From positions 1 to 47,832 of IMG/VR virus record IMGVR_UViG_3300044558_000057: a stretch of 47,832 nucleotides of DNA. One strand, 5' to 3'. The stretch's first letter is position 1. Each line of letters starts with the position of its first letter. This document shows, piece by piece, positions 20,072-28,984 of the stretch. The notes below the pieces were generated by a model. It worked only from the letters and a program-made list of their open reading frames with translations, had not been told where the DNA came from and did not search any database. Both the position numbers and the translations under genes were made by a program. This stretch comes from a virus. Its lineage: Duplodnaviria > Caudoviricetes.

Positions 20072-21673
20072 TCAGATAAAAATTATTCCCCGGTTGTCGT
20101 AGACACTGTCCCCTTCGTTATTTCCGTTTCGTATCGCTCTATCCAGCCCCATTATCATTGCAATGGCACCGTCTATTTTCTCCGTGGATTTCTGCTTATC
20201 AGCTTTTATGTTGCCCGCCGGGTCCGTCCTGATATAGATGTTGTCAACCATCCATGACAGGACAGGGTTCCCGCCATGCGCGATTTTCTTTTCCATGGCA
20301 AGCCGCATCAGCTCCTTCGTCGGAGGGGACATATCCTTAAACCCCTGTCCGAAAGGCACGACCGTAAAGCCGTCATCTTCCAAGTCCTGCACCATCTGGG
20401 TGGCGCCCCACCGGTCAAATGCGATCTCCCGGATGTTGTACTGTTTGCCCAGCTCCACGATATATTTCTCTATAAACCCGTAATGGAGGACATTCCCTTC
20501 CGTCGTCTGCAGGTAGCCCTGCTTCTTCCATTTTTCATACGGGACGTGGTCACGTCGTACACGGAGGGCCAAGTTATCTTCCGGGATCCAGAAAAAAGGC
20601 AGGACCATGTATTTTTCCGTCTCATCCCTCGGCGGGAATACCAGCACAAATGCCGTGATATCCGTTGTGGATGACAGGTCCAGCCCTCCGTAACAGGCGC
20701 GGCCTTTCAGGTATTCCGGTTCCACCGGGAATGAACATGCCTTCCATGTTTCGGATGGCATCCACCGTACGGAACTTGATACCCACTGGTCCAGCCGCAG
20801 CTGCCTGAATGCATTCTCTTCGCTTGGATTCTGTTTTGCCGATTCGCATGCTGCTTTCACCTTGTCAATCCCAATCGTTACACCGAGGCTCGGGTTTGCT
20901 TTTTTCCACACTTCCGGGTCAGTCCAGTCATCCGTTGGTTCTGCCCCGTATATCACAGGGTAGAACGTCGGGTCGATCTTGCGGCCCTCAAGGATATCCT
21001 TCGCCTTCTGGTGCATCTCATAACAAATGCTGTTCCTGTCGTTCCCGGCAGTCGTAATGATGAAATGGAGCGGATTCCGACGGGCATCTGACGTTCCCCT
21101 TACCATCATGTCGAAGAACTTTCGGTCCTTCTGGACCCACAATTCATCGAAGACCAGCCCGGATACATTGACGCCCGACTTCCCGGCGACATCAGCGGAC
21201 ACCGCTTTGTACACACTGTTCGTAGGCCGATAATGGATGGTCTTCCTGCTTGGCCGAATGTCGCAGTATTTCCGCAGTGTCCTGTGGAGCCTCACCATGT
21301 CGCAGGCTACATCGAATACCAGCGACGCTTGGTCCCGGTCCGCTGCGCAACCGTAAACTTCGGCTCGTTGCTCGCCATCCGCGCACAATAGATAAAGGGC
21401 AATCGCTGCCGCCAGCTCGCTTTTCCCGCACTTTTTCGGGATCTCTATATAAGCTGTCGTAAACTGACGAGTCCCATCAGGTTTCAGGACACCGAAAATG
21501 TTCCGGATGATCTCCTCCTGCCAAGGCATCAGTTTGAACGGCTGGTTATAGAATTCTCCTTTGGTATGTTTCAGCTGTTCGATAAAGGCAACAACAAGGT
21601 CAGCGTCCTCCTTGCTGTATCGGGAGTTCGCCGCCATGAATTTTGTGGGCGTGAATTTTCCTTCCCGTTGCAA
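20072..21673 (-). CDS. terL: Terminase large subunit
   Basis: IPKKCGKSE Walker A, VFDE Walker B, ITTAG, GGLDLSSTTD, KIDG. Confidence 0.95.
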   Translation of the reverse strand: MQREGKFTPTKFMAANSRYSKEDADLVVAFIEQLKHTKGEFYNQPFKLMPWQEEIIRNIFGVLKPDGTRQFTTAYIEIPKKCGKSELAAAIALYLLCADGEQRAEVYGCAADRDQASLVFDVACDMVRLHRTLRKYCDIRPSRKTIHYRPTNSVYKAVSADVAGKSGVNVSGLVFDELWVQKDRKFFDMMVRGTSDARRNPLHFIITTAGNDRNSICYEMHQKAKDILEGRKIDPTFYPVIYGAEPTDDWTDPEVWKKANPSLGVTIGIDKVKAACESAKQNPSEENAFRQLRLDQWVSSSVRWMPSETWKACSFPVEPEYLKGRACYGGLDLSSTTDITAFVLVFPPRDETEKYMVLPFFWIPEDNLALRVRRDHVPYEKWKKQGYLQTTEGNVLHYGFIEKYIVELGKQYNIREIAFDRWGATQMVQDLEDDGFTVVPFGQGFKDMSPPTKELMRLAMEKKIAHGGNPVLSWMVDNIYIRTDPAGNIKADKQKSTEKIDGAIAMIMGLDRAIRNGNNEGDSVYDNRGIIFI

Positions 21674-21773
21674 GCGTCTCCCTCCTTCCCACGAAAAAAG
21701 GAGCCCCGTCGGCTCCTTGTGTTTTCCATATATGTTAACGAGAGAAAGGCCGGCACCCGGCTTCTCTCGAACT

Positions 21774-21828
21774 TTTCACAATATCAGTGTACATGAAAGT
21801 CCATGTTCATGTGTCCGCGAAATTACTC
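21774..21828 (-). promoter_or_regulatory. Putative late promoter element, copy A (before terL)
   Basis: TTTCACAATAT...ATGTGTCCGCGAAATTACTC; matches 27578-27632 with identical spacing. Confidence 0.65.
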
Positions 21829-21830
21829 TT

Positions 21831-22058
21831 TCAGTTGTACTCCTTTAAGAGGAGTGCGTAGGCGATTTGCGCCTGCTCTGTTTCGGGCTCAATGTCCCAG
21901 CCCCTGTCATATCTTGCAACCGGCATGTCACCTAAGCGGATCTCGAGCTTGCTGATCCTGCCGCCCTCCATTCCGTAATCCTCACTTGGCTCTCCGTATA
22001 CCTTTGCGCAGTAGGTAAAAATCTGGTCGTTAATCTTCAGGCTTCCTTTTTTCCACAT
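21831..22058 (-). CDS. Small hypothetical phage protein
   Basis: MWKKGSL...GRISKLEI...RYDRGWDIEP; GGAGG RBS. Confidence 0.8.
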   Translation of the reverse strand: MWKKGSLKINDQIFTYCAKVYGEPSEDYGMEGGRISKLEIRLGDMPVARYDRGWDIEPETEQAQIAYALLLKEYN

Positions 22059-22093
22059 GGTCTTTATCCTCCGTTTTCTTCGTGCGCCCTTTT

Positions 22094-22171
22094 CCTTTGG
22101 CATGTACATATATCACTCCGCGCCGTGACTATAGCAAGGAAAACCGACGAATATATGTCACAAAGATCCGG
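22094..22171 (-). repeat. Repeated promoter cassette, copy 1 of 3
   Basis: CCTTTGGCATGTACATATATCACTC-N40-CACAAAGAT. Confidence 0.7.
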
Positions 22172-22234
22172 GGATACCGTTGTGTATTTCTACGAGAAAG
22201 AGAGCCCATGGCAGGCTCCCTTCCCCGGCTGTTC

Positions 22235-22669
22235 TCAGTTCAGGCTTACCAGAAAGGCGTGGCCCTTTTCGTAGCCCTTGCCGAAGAAGTCCTTCCGGAG
22301 GTTGACCTCGACCATCTCGCCGATCGTGCAGCCCGCCTCTTTGAAAAGCCAAAGCGTCTCGACCGCGTCGGTTGCCCGGCAGGAGTAGGTGAAGGCCTTG
22401 ATGCCATTCTCCTTCATGCAGGCGGTGAGGGCTTCCACATCCCGGTCCCAGATGATGTCGTCGAAGTTTAAGATCTCGTTCTCATTGTCTCTTGATTTCT
22501 CGTAAGCCCGGTAGATTGTGTGGGCAATGTCGCCCATCTCGTCGATCCTGTCCTCGGCGGCCTTTACCGTATCCCTTGCGGCATCCCTCTCCTCTGCGGT
22601 GGTAGCTTCCTTGTAGGCTTTTCTTGCTTCCTGAATGCGGTTGTAGGTTTCTTCAAAAATGTTCGTCAT
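22235..22669 (-). CDS. Hypothetical phage protein
   Basis: 144 aa ORF with GGAGG RBS, downstream hairpin 22199-22221. Confidence 0.8.
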   Translation of the reverse strand: MTNIFEETYNRIQEARKAYKEATTAEERDAARDTVKAAEDRIDEMGDIAHTIYRAYEKSRDNENEILNFDDIIWDRDVEALTACMKENGIKAFTYSCRATDAVETLWLFKEAGCTIGEMVEVNLRKDFFGKGYEKGHAFLVSLN

Positions 22670-22711
22670 GGCTTTGTCCTCCTTGCTTTGTGCTTGTCTT
22701 GTCTGCCTTTC

Positions 22712-22786
22712 CCTTTGGCATGTACATATATCCCTCTGAAGGGCATGTATATCCAGTCATTTCTGGAGTGCATTTCTCACAAAGAT
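22712..22786 (-). repeat. Repeated promoter cassette, copy 2 of 3
   Basis: CCTTTGGCATGTACATATATCCCTC-N41-CACAAAGAT. Confidence 0.7.
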
Positions 22787-22807
22787 ACCCGGATGGAATT
22801 GTGATGT

Positions 22808-23071
22808 TTACAAGATGATCCGATGCATGACTATCGGAGCGTCTTCACCGAAATAGGGCAGGGCGCGGAGCGTGTTATACTCGATCCATTCCTCAGCATC
22901 CTCTTCGGTCATGCCTTCGGTTCTCACAAGCCAGTCAACCATCTTGCCGTAATCGTAAATCGCCCGGTTGTCATCACTGACGCCAATTAGGGCGTCATCA
23001 TAGGAGAAATCCTCCAACAGCTTTACATTCTCATATCCGTTATCCAGTAAAATATCCTCGGCCTTCATCAT
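22808..23071 (-). CDS. Small acidic hypothetical protein
   Basis: YDDALIG...YDYGKM...AEEWIEYNT; AAAGGA RBS. Confidence 0.8.
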   Translation of the reverse strand: MMKAEDILLDNGYENVKLLEDFSYDDALIGVSDDNRAIYDYGKMVDWLVRTEGMTEEDAEEWIEYNTLRALPYFGEDAPIVMHRIIL

Positions 23072-23105
23072 TGTCCTTTCCTATGGAGGCCGGGGATCCT
23101 GATTC

Positions 23106-23522
23106 CTATCGGAACATGTACCCCGTATCGTCATCGATCCAGAGGTGCATCCCATCAGCTTCCATGATTGCGTGGTTGGCAGCCGTTTCTGTTATGACAC
23201 CTTTCAGCACCCCATACCCGTCAAAATCATGGTATTCATATACAGTCTGCCTGCCCGGTTTCCAGTTGCGCCAGTCCTTCCGTGTCAGGCGCCCGTCCGG
23301 GCCCTTTTCCACGAAAGTTATCTGGAAGAGGAGCTTTTCCGTTTTTAATCGGAAATTGTAGCTGGCCAGCGTGATGGTCTTGTACATCTCCTCACTACAA
23401 GGCGAAAAGAACAACCGGAAAACCTCCAACGCAGTGTCCATCTCCGTATATTGCTGCACCTCATCCGGTCGCCCGTCCTGCCGGGAGAAGCGGAGTTCAT
23501 AAACGGTTTCAGGTAAACTCAT
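23106..23522 (-). CDS. Hypothetical protein
   Basis: ATGA overlap with upstream gene, GGGAGG RBS. Confidence 0.7.
   Translation of the reverse strand: MSLPETVYELRFSRQDGRPDEVQQYTEMDTALEVFRLFFSPCSEEMYKTITLASYNFRLKTEKLLFQITFVEKGPDGRLTRKDWRNWKPGRQTVYEYHDFDGYGVLKGVITETAANHAIMEADGMHLWIDDDTGYMFR
23393..23416 (-). promoter_or_regulatory. 24-bp phage motif, copy 2 of 7 (intragenic)
   Basis: CACTACAAGGCGAAAAGAACAACC. Confidence 0.55.
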
Positions 23523-23755
23523 GCCTTCCTCCCTTCGTCAATCCTCCTGCAGGAATCCTCGCCGAATACAACGTTCAGTGAGCTTCCGTTATCCCAGCGG
23601 ACAAGGATGCTGCCTGTATCATCCACCCCGTACACGGTTCCTTGGGTCCTGATCGGCGGGGCCTGTACGTCATCCATCCGGGTAAGCTCCACCCGGCATC
23701 CCACCGGGTAGGCTTTCCTGATCCTTTCGACCGTTTCTCTTGAAGGAAACATCAT
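23519..23755 (-). CDS. DUF4314-like protein
   Basis: YPVGCRVEL..MDDVQAPP..T.GTV..VDDTGSILVRWDNGSSL. Confidence 0.85.
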   Translation of the reverse strand: MMFPSRETVERIRKAYPVGCRVELTRMDDVQAPPIRTQGTVYGVDDTGSILVRWDNGSSLNVVFGEDSCRRIDEGRKA

Positions 23756-24504
23756 GCCTCGGCCTCCTTCCTCTTCCCGTCGCGGAAAGCGGATGAGCCG
23801 GTCAGGTTCTCCAGAAGGATCCTGCGGGACTTCTTGTAATCAGGACCGATCATCCCGATCCGAAGCAGGAAGCAACGGAATGCGTATTTCCGGTTTTCCG
23901 TATCGTGGTCCCGGGCCGTTACCCGCTTTGCCGTCCTTGCCATTCTCGCCAACAGCGTGATGAATTGCATGTAGGCGGCTGTGTGGTCCCCGTCCGATGC
24001 GGTGAACCCGGAGAATGTCACCTTCCCTTCTTCCCGCGAAATTCCGATCCCGTCCGACCCGAATGCCGCTTTCATCAGGGTTTGCTTGGAAGCCGCTAGC
24101 CGCTGCAGGTTCTCGAATTCTGCGTCCGAGAAGTCGTCTGGGATGCTGATCGAAAGGCCTGTGCCGTCTTCCTGCTCCCCTGTGGCCGCTTCATCGGCCT
24201 CGTCCGCAGCTCCTGACTCCTCGTCCGGGGCGTCCGCTGTCCCTTCGTCCTGCTCGGTCTCTCCGGTCGTTTCCTGTGTTTCTGGCTTGTAGCCCTGCTC
24301 CTGCAGCCTGTCGATCAGGTTGCGGGCTGCATCGTATGCGCTGTCTTCAAAGGAGAGTGCCCCTTCCTTGCTGACCGTGAATGCCCCGATCTCGTATGCG
24401 CAGGTCGGCATGCGCTTGTACACCGCCTTCTCGCCCGTGATCCCGCTGATGGCCTTTACCAGTGCCTTCCTCTCGTCTCCGGTTACGTTGTAATTGAGTT
24501 CCAT
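23752..24504 (-). CDS. Conserved phage protein (often labelled virulence-related protein)
   Basis: YNVTGDERKALV...MPTCAYEIG; ENRKYAFRCFLLRIG...LLENLTGSSAFR; GGAGGT RBS. Confidence 0.8.
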   Translation of the reverse strand: MELNYNVTGDERKALVKAISGITGEKAVYKRMPTCAYEIGAFTVSKEGALSFEDSAYDAARNLIDRLQEQGYKPETQETTGETEQDEGTADAPDEESGAADEADEAATGEQEDGTGLSISIPDDFSDAEFENLQRLAASKQTLMKAAFGSDGIGISREEGKVTFSGFTASDGDHTAAYMQFITLLARMARTAKRVTARDHDTENRKYAFRCFLLRIGMIGPDYKKSRRILLENLTGSSAFRDGKRKEAEA

Positions 24505-24528
24505 CTCGTACCTCCTTTGGTGCTGTTG

Positions 24529-24603
24529 CCTTTCGGTACTGTATAGATCACTCTGTGCGGCAAATTTATCAACGATTACCGGAGGCATAAATGTCACAAA
24601 GAT
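24529..24603 (-). repeat. Repeated promoter cassette, copy 3 of 3
   Basis: CCTTTCGGTACTGTATAGATCACTC-N41-CACAAAGAT. Confidence 0.6.
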
Positions 24604-24618
24604 TCCGGACCGGAACCG

Positions 24619-25887
24619 TCAGGTATTAGACACAACCGGTTCCTCTGGAATTTCTGCCAGCGCATCGTCCAGTGTCATTTTCTTCCCGTCCCGGAGCAGG
24701 TATATCTCCCCGGTCGGGGCTGTAGCTTGGTACCTGCGCACTGCCACATCCACGAACTTCGGTTCCAGCTCGATGCCGTAACAGATACGGCCCAGCTGTT
24801 CACACGCGATCAGGGTTGTCGCGGATCCCAAAAAAGAATCCAGCACGACGCCATTGGCGCTGCTGGACTGTGACAATAAATATGCGATTAACGGGACCGG
24901 CTTGGAGCTCGGGTGCCCGAACCCGTCCTTCTTGGAATTCGTGATCCCGTCAAAGTCGAATACGGCTTTCTGCTTCTGGTCTCCATACCATTTGTGTTTT
25001 CCGTCCTTCCTCCATCCGAAGATGATCGGCTCCATGTTGAACTTCCAGTCGGTCCGCATGAGCGGCGCCCGGGGCTTTCTCCAGATCAGGCCCGCACCCA
25101 CCTTGAAACCGGCGTCCTCGAAGGCGTCATAGAAGATCCGGGCCTTCATGGTTGCGTAGAAACAATATATCGATGCATCCGCTGCCATACACCCATGCGT
25201 GGCCGTGAACGCCTTCATCAGGAAATCATATGCGTCTTTGTCATTCAGGTCGTCGTTCTTTATCTTTCCTGATGCACTGTCCAGCGAGACCATGTACGGC
25301 GGGTCCGTACAGACAAGGTTCACTTTCACATCCCCGAGAAGTGTGTTGTACACTTCCGGGTCCGTGCTGTCGCCGCAGATCACGGTGTGTTTCCCGAGAT
25401 GCCAAATATCACCTTCCTTGGAAAAACACGGCTTTTCGAGTTCCTCATCTACATCGAAATCATCCTGCTGTCCCTCTTCTCCAGCATTCAGGTACTTTCC
25501 GAGGTCTTCCGCGTCAAAGCCCAGCAGGTCAAGGTCAAAGGCCTGCCCCTGAAGGTCTGATAATTCGACGGACAGCATATCCGCATCCCAACCGGCATTC
25601 AGGGCCAGCTGGTTATCCGCGATGATGTATGCCTTCTTCTGTGCATCCGTCAGGTTCTCGGCGAAAACGCATGGCACTGTTTTGTATCCTTCCTCCCGCG
25701 CCGCCTGCACCCTGCCATGCCCTACGAGGATGTTATAGTCAGAATCGATCACGGCGGGAGAGACAAAACCGAACTCCCTGAGCGATGCACGCAGCTGGGC
25801 GATCTGTTCTTTGGAATGCGTCCGTGCATTCCTTGCATAAGGTACCAGTTTGTCGATCGGTACCTGTTGGAATTTCGTTGTGTCCAT
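24619..25887 (-). CDS. ParB-N domain fused to N6-adenine/N4-cytosine DNA methyltransferase
   Basis: PYARNARTH...GHGR ParB domain; TDPPY motif IV, HPSSKP, DSFLGSATT motif I. Confidence 0.92.
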   Translation of the reverse strand: MDTTKFQQVPIDKLVPYARNARTHSKEQIAQLRASLREFGFVSPAVIDSDYNILVGHGRVQAAREEGYKTVPCVFAENLTDAQKKAYIIADNQLALNAGWDADMLSVELSDLQGQAFDLDLLGFDAEDLGKYLNAGEEGQQDDFDVDEELEKPCFSKEGDIWHLGKHTVICGDSTDPEVYNTLLGDVKVNLVCTDPPYMVSLDSASGKIKNDDLNDKDAYDFLMKAFTATHGCMAADASIYCFYATMKARIFYDAFEDAGFKVGAGLIWRKPRAPLMRTDWKFNMEPIIFGWRKDGKHKWYGDQKQKAVFDFDGITNSKKDGFGHPSSKPVPLIAYLLSQSSSANGVVLDSFLGSATTLIACEQLGRICYGIELEPKFVDVAVRRYQATAPTGEIYLLRDGKKMTLDDALAEIPEEPVVSNT

Positions 25888-26466
25888 TTACATTCCTTTC
25901 CGGGCCCTCAGGAGGAGCTCCATAGTGTCATTCGGGTCCCCTTCGAACTCCTCCGTGCAGTTCTCCTTCACCACGTCATAAATCTCATACCAGAGCAGAT
26001 TCGCGGTCTTCTGGAACTGCTGGCTCATCTGTACAAACGGCGATGTGACAACACCGCCTGTAGTCGGGTGCTTTCCAAGGAGGCCATAAGTGCTGATCGC
26101 CTCCTCGCACTGGATATACCGGGCAAATGCCTGTGAATAGGATTCGATCAGGCGCGGGTTCACCAGATTCTCACAGTGGCGCTCTTTCAGCCACAGCCAT
26201 GTCTCCTTATAGATCAGATCTGCCCCGAGGGGTTTCCCGTCCTTCTGTCGGGCAGACAGGTAATCTCCCGGTTTCGGCATATCGACTCCCTCAAGCACTG
26301 CGCCCTCCGGAAGGTCAACGGCCTCCAATTCTTCGCACTTCAGGTCCGGGATATCATTCTGCATGATCCGGACCCTGCCTTCTTTTGATAATTTTTCTGC
26401 GGCGGGCGTGGGCTTGTCACCGGCCCGGATGCGCCTGCCGCCTCTGTATGTTCCGTCTTTAGCCAA
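25888..26466 (-). CDS. terS: Terminase small subunit (P27 family-like)
   Basis: AKDGTYRGG.R..AG, RYIQCEE, KHPTTG...SPFV; TTG start chosen from GGAGGT spacing. Confidence 0.8.
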   Translation of the reverse strand: MAKDGTYRGGRRIRAGDKPTPAAEKLSKEGRVRIMQNDIPDLKCEELEAVDLPEGAVLEGVDMPKPGDYLSARQKDGKPLGADLIYKETWLWLKERHCENLVNPRLIESYSQAFARYIQCEEAISTYGLLGKHPTTGGVVTSPFVQMSQQFQKTANLLWYEIYDVVKENCTEEFEGDPNDTMELLLRARKGM

Positions 26467-26501
26467 TTTCATACCTCCAAAATTTCGGCCCCGCATACCC
26501 C

Positions 26502-27107
26502 TCATGGGTTTATCCCCCGTTTGAACCGGGATATTTGAACACGAAGGGGGGCGGCGGTCTCCGGGGCATCAGGCCACAGGGATCGTGGCGGCCCCACCCC
26601 ACCCGGGAATCCATCAAAACGCCTCGTTTTATATCTCACGATATCGCTGACATGCCTCTGAGATATAGAAAAAGCACTCGCAATTTCTCTTTGTGAGTGC
26701 CCTTCCGTATACAGCTCTCTTATCTTTCTTACATCCTCAGAGCTTAGCTTTGAAGCGGCAGCCTCTTCTCCGTGTCTGAGGCAAACAGCCGTTCCATGTC
26801 TTATTTCATCCTGCATGTTTTCACTTTGAGTCCCCCAACAAAGATTCTCGAGTCGATTGTCCAGAGAGTTTCCATTCAGATGGCGGCAAACATAATCCTT
26901 TGGCCTTTCGCCAACATAAGCGTTAAGTATCAATGTATGAACGTACTTCGAATCTCTTCGTGCTGGGTGCCCGCCAGTTACTACGTGCACTCTGTAGTAC
27001 CCATCATGAAATCGTTTTGAAAGCCTATGCAACTTACCGGTCCGCATTGAATATATTTCACCGGAGGGATCAGCAAAGTATCCCGGGTAGTTCGGTATTG
27101 GCTTCAT
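26502..27107 (-). CDS. HNH homing endonuclease with C-terminal HTH
   Basis: IPNYPGY...GEIYS, YVHTLI, CRHLNGNSLDNRLENLCWGTQSEN, SQREIASAFSISQ. Confidence 0.88.
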   Translation of the reverse strand: MKPIPNYPGYFADPSGEIYSMRTGKLHRLSKRFHDGYYRVHVVTGGHPARRDSKYVHTLILNAYVGERPKDYVCRHLNGNSLDNRLENLCWGTQSENMQDEIRHGTAVCLRHGEEAAASKLSSEDVRKIRELYTEGHSQREIASAFSISQRHVSDIVRYKTRRFDGFPGGVGPPRSLWPDAPETAAPLRVQISRFKRGINP

Positions 27108-27125
27108 AGACATTCCTCCCAATCA

Positions 27126-27148
27126 AAAAGGACAGCCGAAGCTGTCCT
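27126..27148 (-). terminator. Terminator-like hairpin after packaging HNH gene
   Basis: GGACAGC-TTCG-GCTGTCC followed by TTTTT on minus strand. Confidence 0.65.
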
Positions 27149-27507
27149 CAGTAGTGATATGTCGGATTGTTATCTTCTCTCCGCGTCTTCTGATCGTGAC
27201 ATCTCTTGCAGAGCGCCTGCCAGTTGCTCCGGTCCCAGAAGAGCTTCGGGTCGCCACGGTGCGGAATGATGTGGTCAACGACCGTTGCCGGTGTTGCTTT
27301 CCCTTCCTTCAGGCACTCCTCGCAGAGAGGATGAAGTTCCAAGAACTTCTTGCTCTCTCTTCTCCACCTTGCGTTGTAGCCTCTGGCAGCTGCCGACCGG
27401 ACTTCCTCCGGGTGCAAGGCCTTATGCTTCTCGCAGTACTTCTGCCCTGCCGGCACGAGGTTCGGACAACCGGGATGCCTGCAGGGAACCATTGGTTTGT
27501 ATGGCAT
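27148..27507 (-). CDS. Packaging-associated HNH endonuclease (HK97 gp74-like)
   Basis: CRHPGC, HPLCEEC, VDHIIPHRGD...NWQALCKRCHDQKT. Confidence 0.92.
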   Translation of the reverse strand: MPYKPMVPCRHPGCPNLVPAGQKYCEKHKALHPEEVRSAAARGYNARWRRESKKFLELHPLCEECLKEGKATPATVVDHIIPHRGDPKLFWDRSNWQALCKRCHDQKTRREDNNPTYHY

Positions 27508-27577
27508 GTCCATCGCCTCCGTCATAAAATCCGGACATAAGAAAACCCCGGAAGTTTCCCTCCGAGGTTTTCCTATC

Positions 27578-27632
27578 TTTCACAATATAAGCATAGCAGG
27601 TTCCCGCACTTTATGTGTCCATGAAATTACTC
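27578..27632 (-). promoter_or_regulatory. Putative late promoter element, copy B (after activator gene)
   Basis: TTTCACAATAT...ATGTGTCCATGAAATTACTC. Confidence 0.65.
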
Positions 27633-27636
27633 TCCT

Positions 27637-28089
27637 TCATTCCTTCCCGAACAGCAGCACCGTCAAATGGCTGAGGGCCTTGTTCTTCTTGTTGTATGCG
27701 CTGGACCTCTCGATGTTGAAATGGTCACAGATCTCATAAACGGCACCCTCTGCATTCTCGTCATAAAAGGTTTCAAGGATGTACCTCTCATCCTCCGACA
27801 GCTGCTTCCAAGCCGGGACGAACCAGCTCATGTATTCCACGGCTTGGCGGTAGCGCTCCTTCAGGATATCAATCTCCTCTATGCCGTTCAGGATCCGGTC
27901 CTCACAGGCCTGCGGGTTATGGGTATGCGGCATGCCGTCCATGTTTGGTGAAGCCAGTCCCGTCATCCGGGAATGCTCCTGCCTGATTCGGGAATCCGTA
28001 TTCTCAATAATGAATTGCATGCTGCTGTAATCCTCAAGCGCCCGTATTGTTGCGTTTTTCTTATCAAGGTACTTCCACATGATACTCAT
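27637..28089 (-). CDS. ArpU/RinA-like late transcriptional activator
   Basis: LSEDERYILETFY...ICDHFNIERSSAYNKKNKAL region-4-type HTH; position at early/late junction. Confidence 0.75.
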   Translation of the reverse strand: MSIMWKYLDKKNATIRALEDYSSMQFIIENTDSRIRQEHSRMTGLASPNMDGMPHTHNPQACEDRILNGIEEIDILKERYRQAVEYMSWFVPAWKQLSEDERYILETFYDENAEGAVYEICDHFNIERSSAYNKKNKALSHLTVLLFGKE

Positions 28090-28331
28090 ATGCCTGCCTC
28101 CTCCCTGATTTTCCTGATCAGGTATTTGCCATCCACTTCCGTGAGGCAGCCGAACCACTGGGACCGGAAGAACTTCTCGCAATCCTCCAGTTCCCTGTCA
28201 GGCCTGCCGTGGCGCCGGTACCTGCGCAGGGCGGCACGATAATCCGAAACCGCCTGCAAAATGATGGCGTTTGCCAAATTCTCAAAAGGGTCACCCTTGA
28301 CCGCCTTGCTCCTGTTTGCATGTCCAGTCAT
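28086..28331 (-). CDS. Hypothetical phage protein
   Basis: ENLANAIILQAVSDYR...FFRSQWF; ATGA-coupled on both sides. Confidence 0.8.
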   Translation of the reverse strand: MTGHANRSKAVKGDPFENLANAIILQAVSDYRAALRRYRRHGRPDRELEDCEKFFRSQWFGCLTEVDGKYLIRKIREEAGI

Positions 28332-28609
28332 TCCGCTTCCTCCAATACACGCCTTACTTCCTCTACGGACCGCACAACAGCAGCCGTACCGCCAGCCGCG
28401 TTGATCTTGCGGATCGTCGCCTCCTGCAGCTTTGTCGGTTTGCCGATTTCGTTTTTGACTTCAAAACCGTAAAAACGACCATGGAAGCAACAGATGATAT
28501 CCGGTATGCCGGCGGTCCCGTACATGCCTCCGTGTTCCTTCCAGAAGAAGCACCCGGGGACGCCCTTCAGGTAGGTGCGGATCTCGTTCACGATTTCTGA
28601 TTCCTTCAT
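28328..28609 (-). CDS. VRR-NUC domain nuclease
   Basis: GIPDII...FEVK...PTKLQ; true start MKESEI at 28609 with AGGAGG. Confidence 0.9.
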   Translation of the reverse strand: MKESEIVNEIRTYLKGVPGCFFWKEHGGMYGTAGIPDIICCFHGRFYGFEVKNEIGKPTKLQEATIRKINAAGGTAAVVRSVEEVRRVLEEAE

Positions 28610-28623
28610 GGTTTTCCACCTCC

Positions 28624-28647
28624 TACTACAAGGCGAAATTAACAACC
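28624..28647 (-). promoter_or_regulatory. 24-bp phage motif, copy 3 of 7
   Basis: TACTACAAGGCGAAATTAACAACC. Confidence 0.75.
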
Positions 28648-28653
28648 ACGGCT

Positions 28654-28984
28654 TGTCGGACACACCGTTTCGTCCGGACACCACCTGTCCGAAAATACCC
28701 CTTTCCGGACACCAAGCCTGTCCGAAAACGCCGTTCCGGTGTCCGAAAACCGAGCGGAATCCTCCACGGGCAGGTCCGACGAGCCACTCCGGACAGGCCC
28801 GGACAGGTGAAAACGGAAAAGCCTGTCCGAAAACGGACACCAAAAACCCAGTAAAATCAAGGCTTCGGACAGGCTGGACACCAAAAAATGCATTATGACG
28901 TAAATCTCCGAGAAAAATGAATAAAACAACAATTTTTTTACAGATATAGAAAGAAATAGGGTTTTTGGTGTCCGGTCTGTCCGA
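28654..28984. repeat. Iteron array flanking AT-rich tract; putative replication origin
   Basis: About 15 CGGACA/TGTCCG-type copies in both orientations around AT-rich 28883-28966, downstream of primase-helicase. Confidence 0.75.

Noticed and set aside
28654-28984. Possible CRISPR array
   Set aside because: Repeats are only 6-10 bp, irregularly spaced, in both orientations; no cas genes
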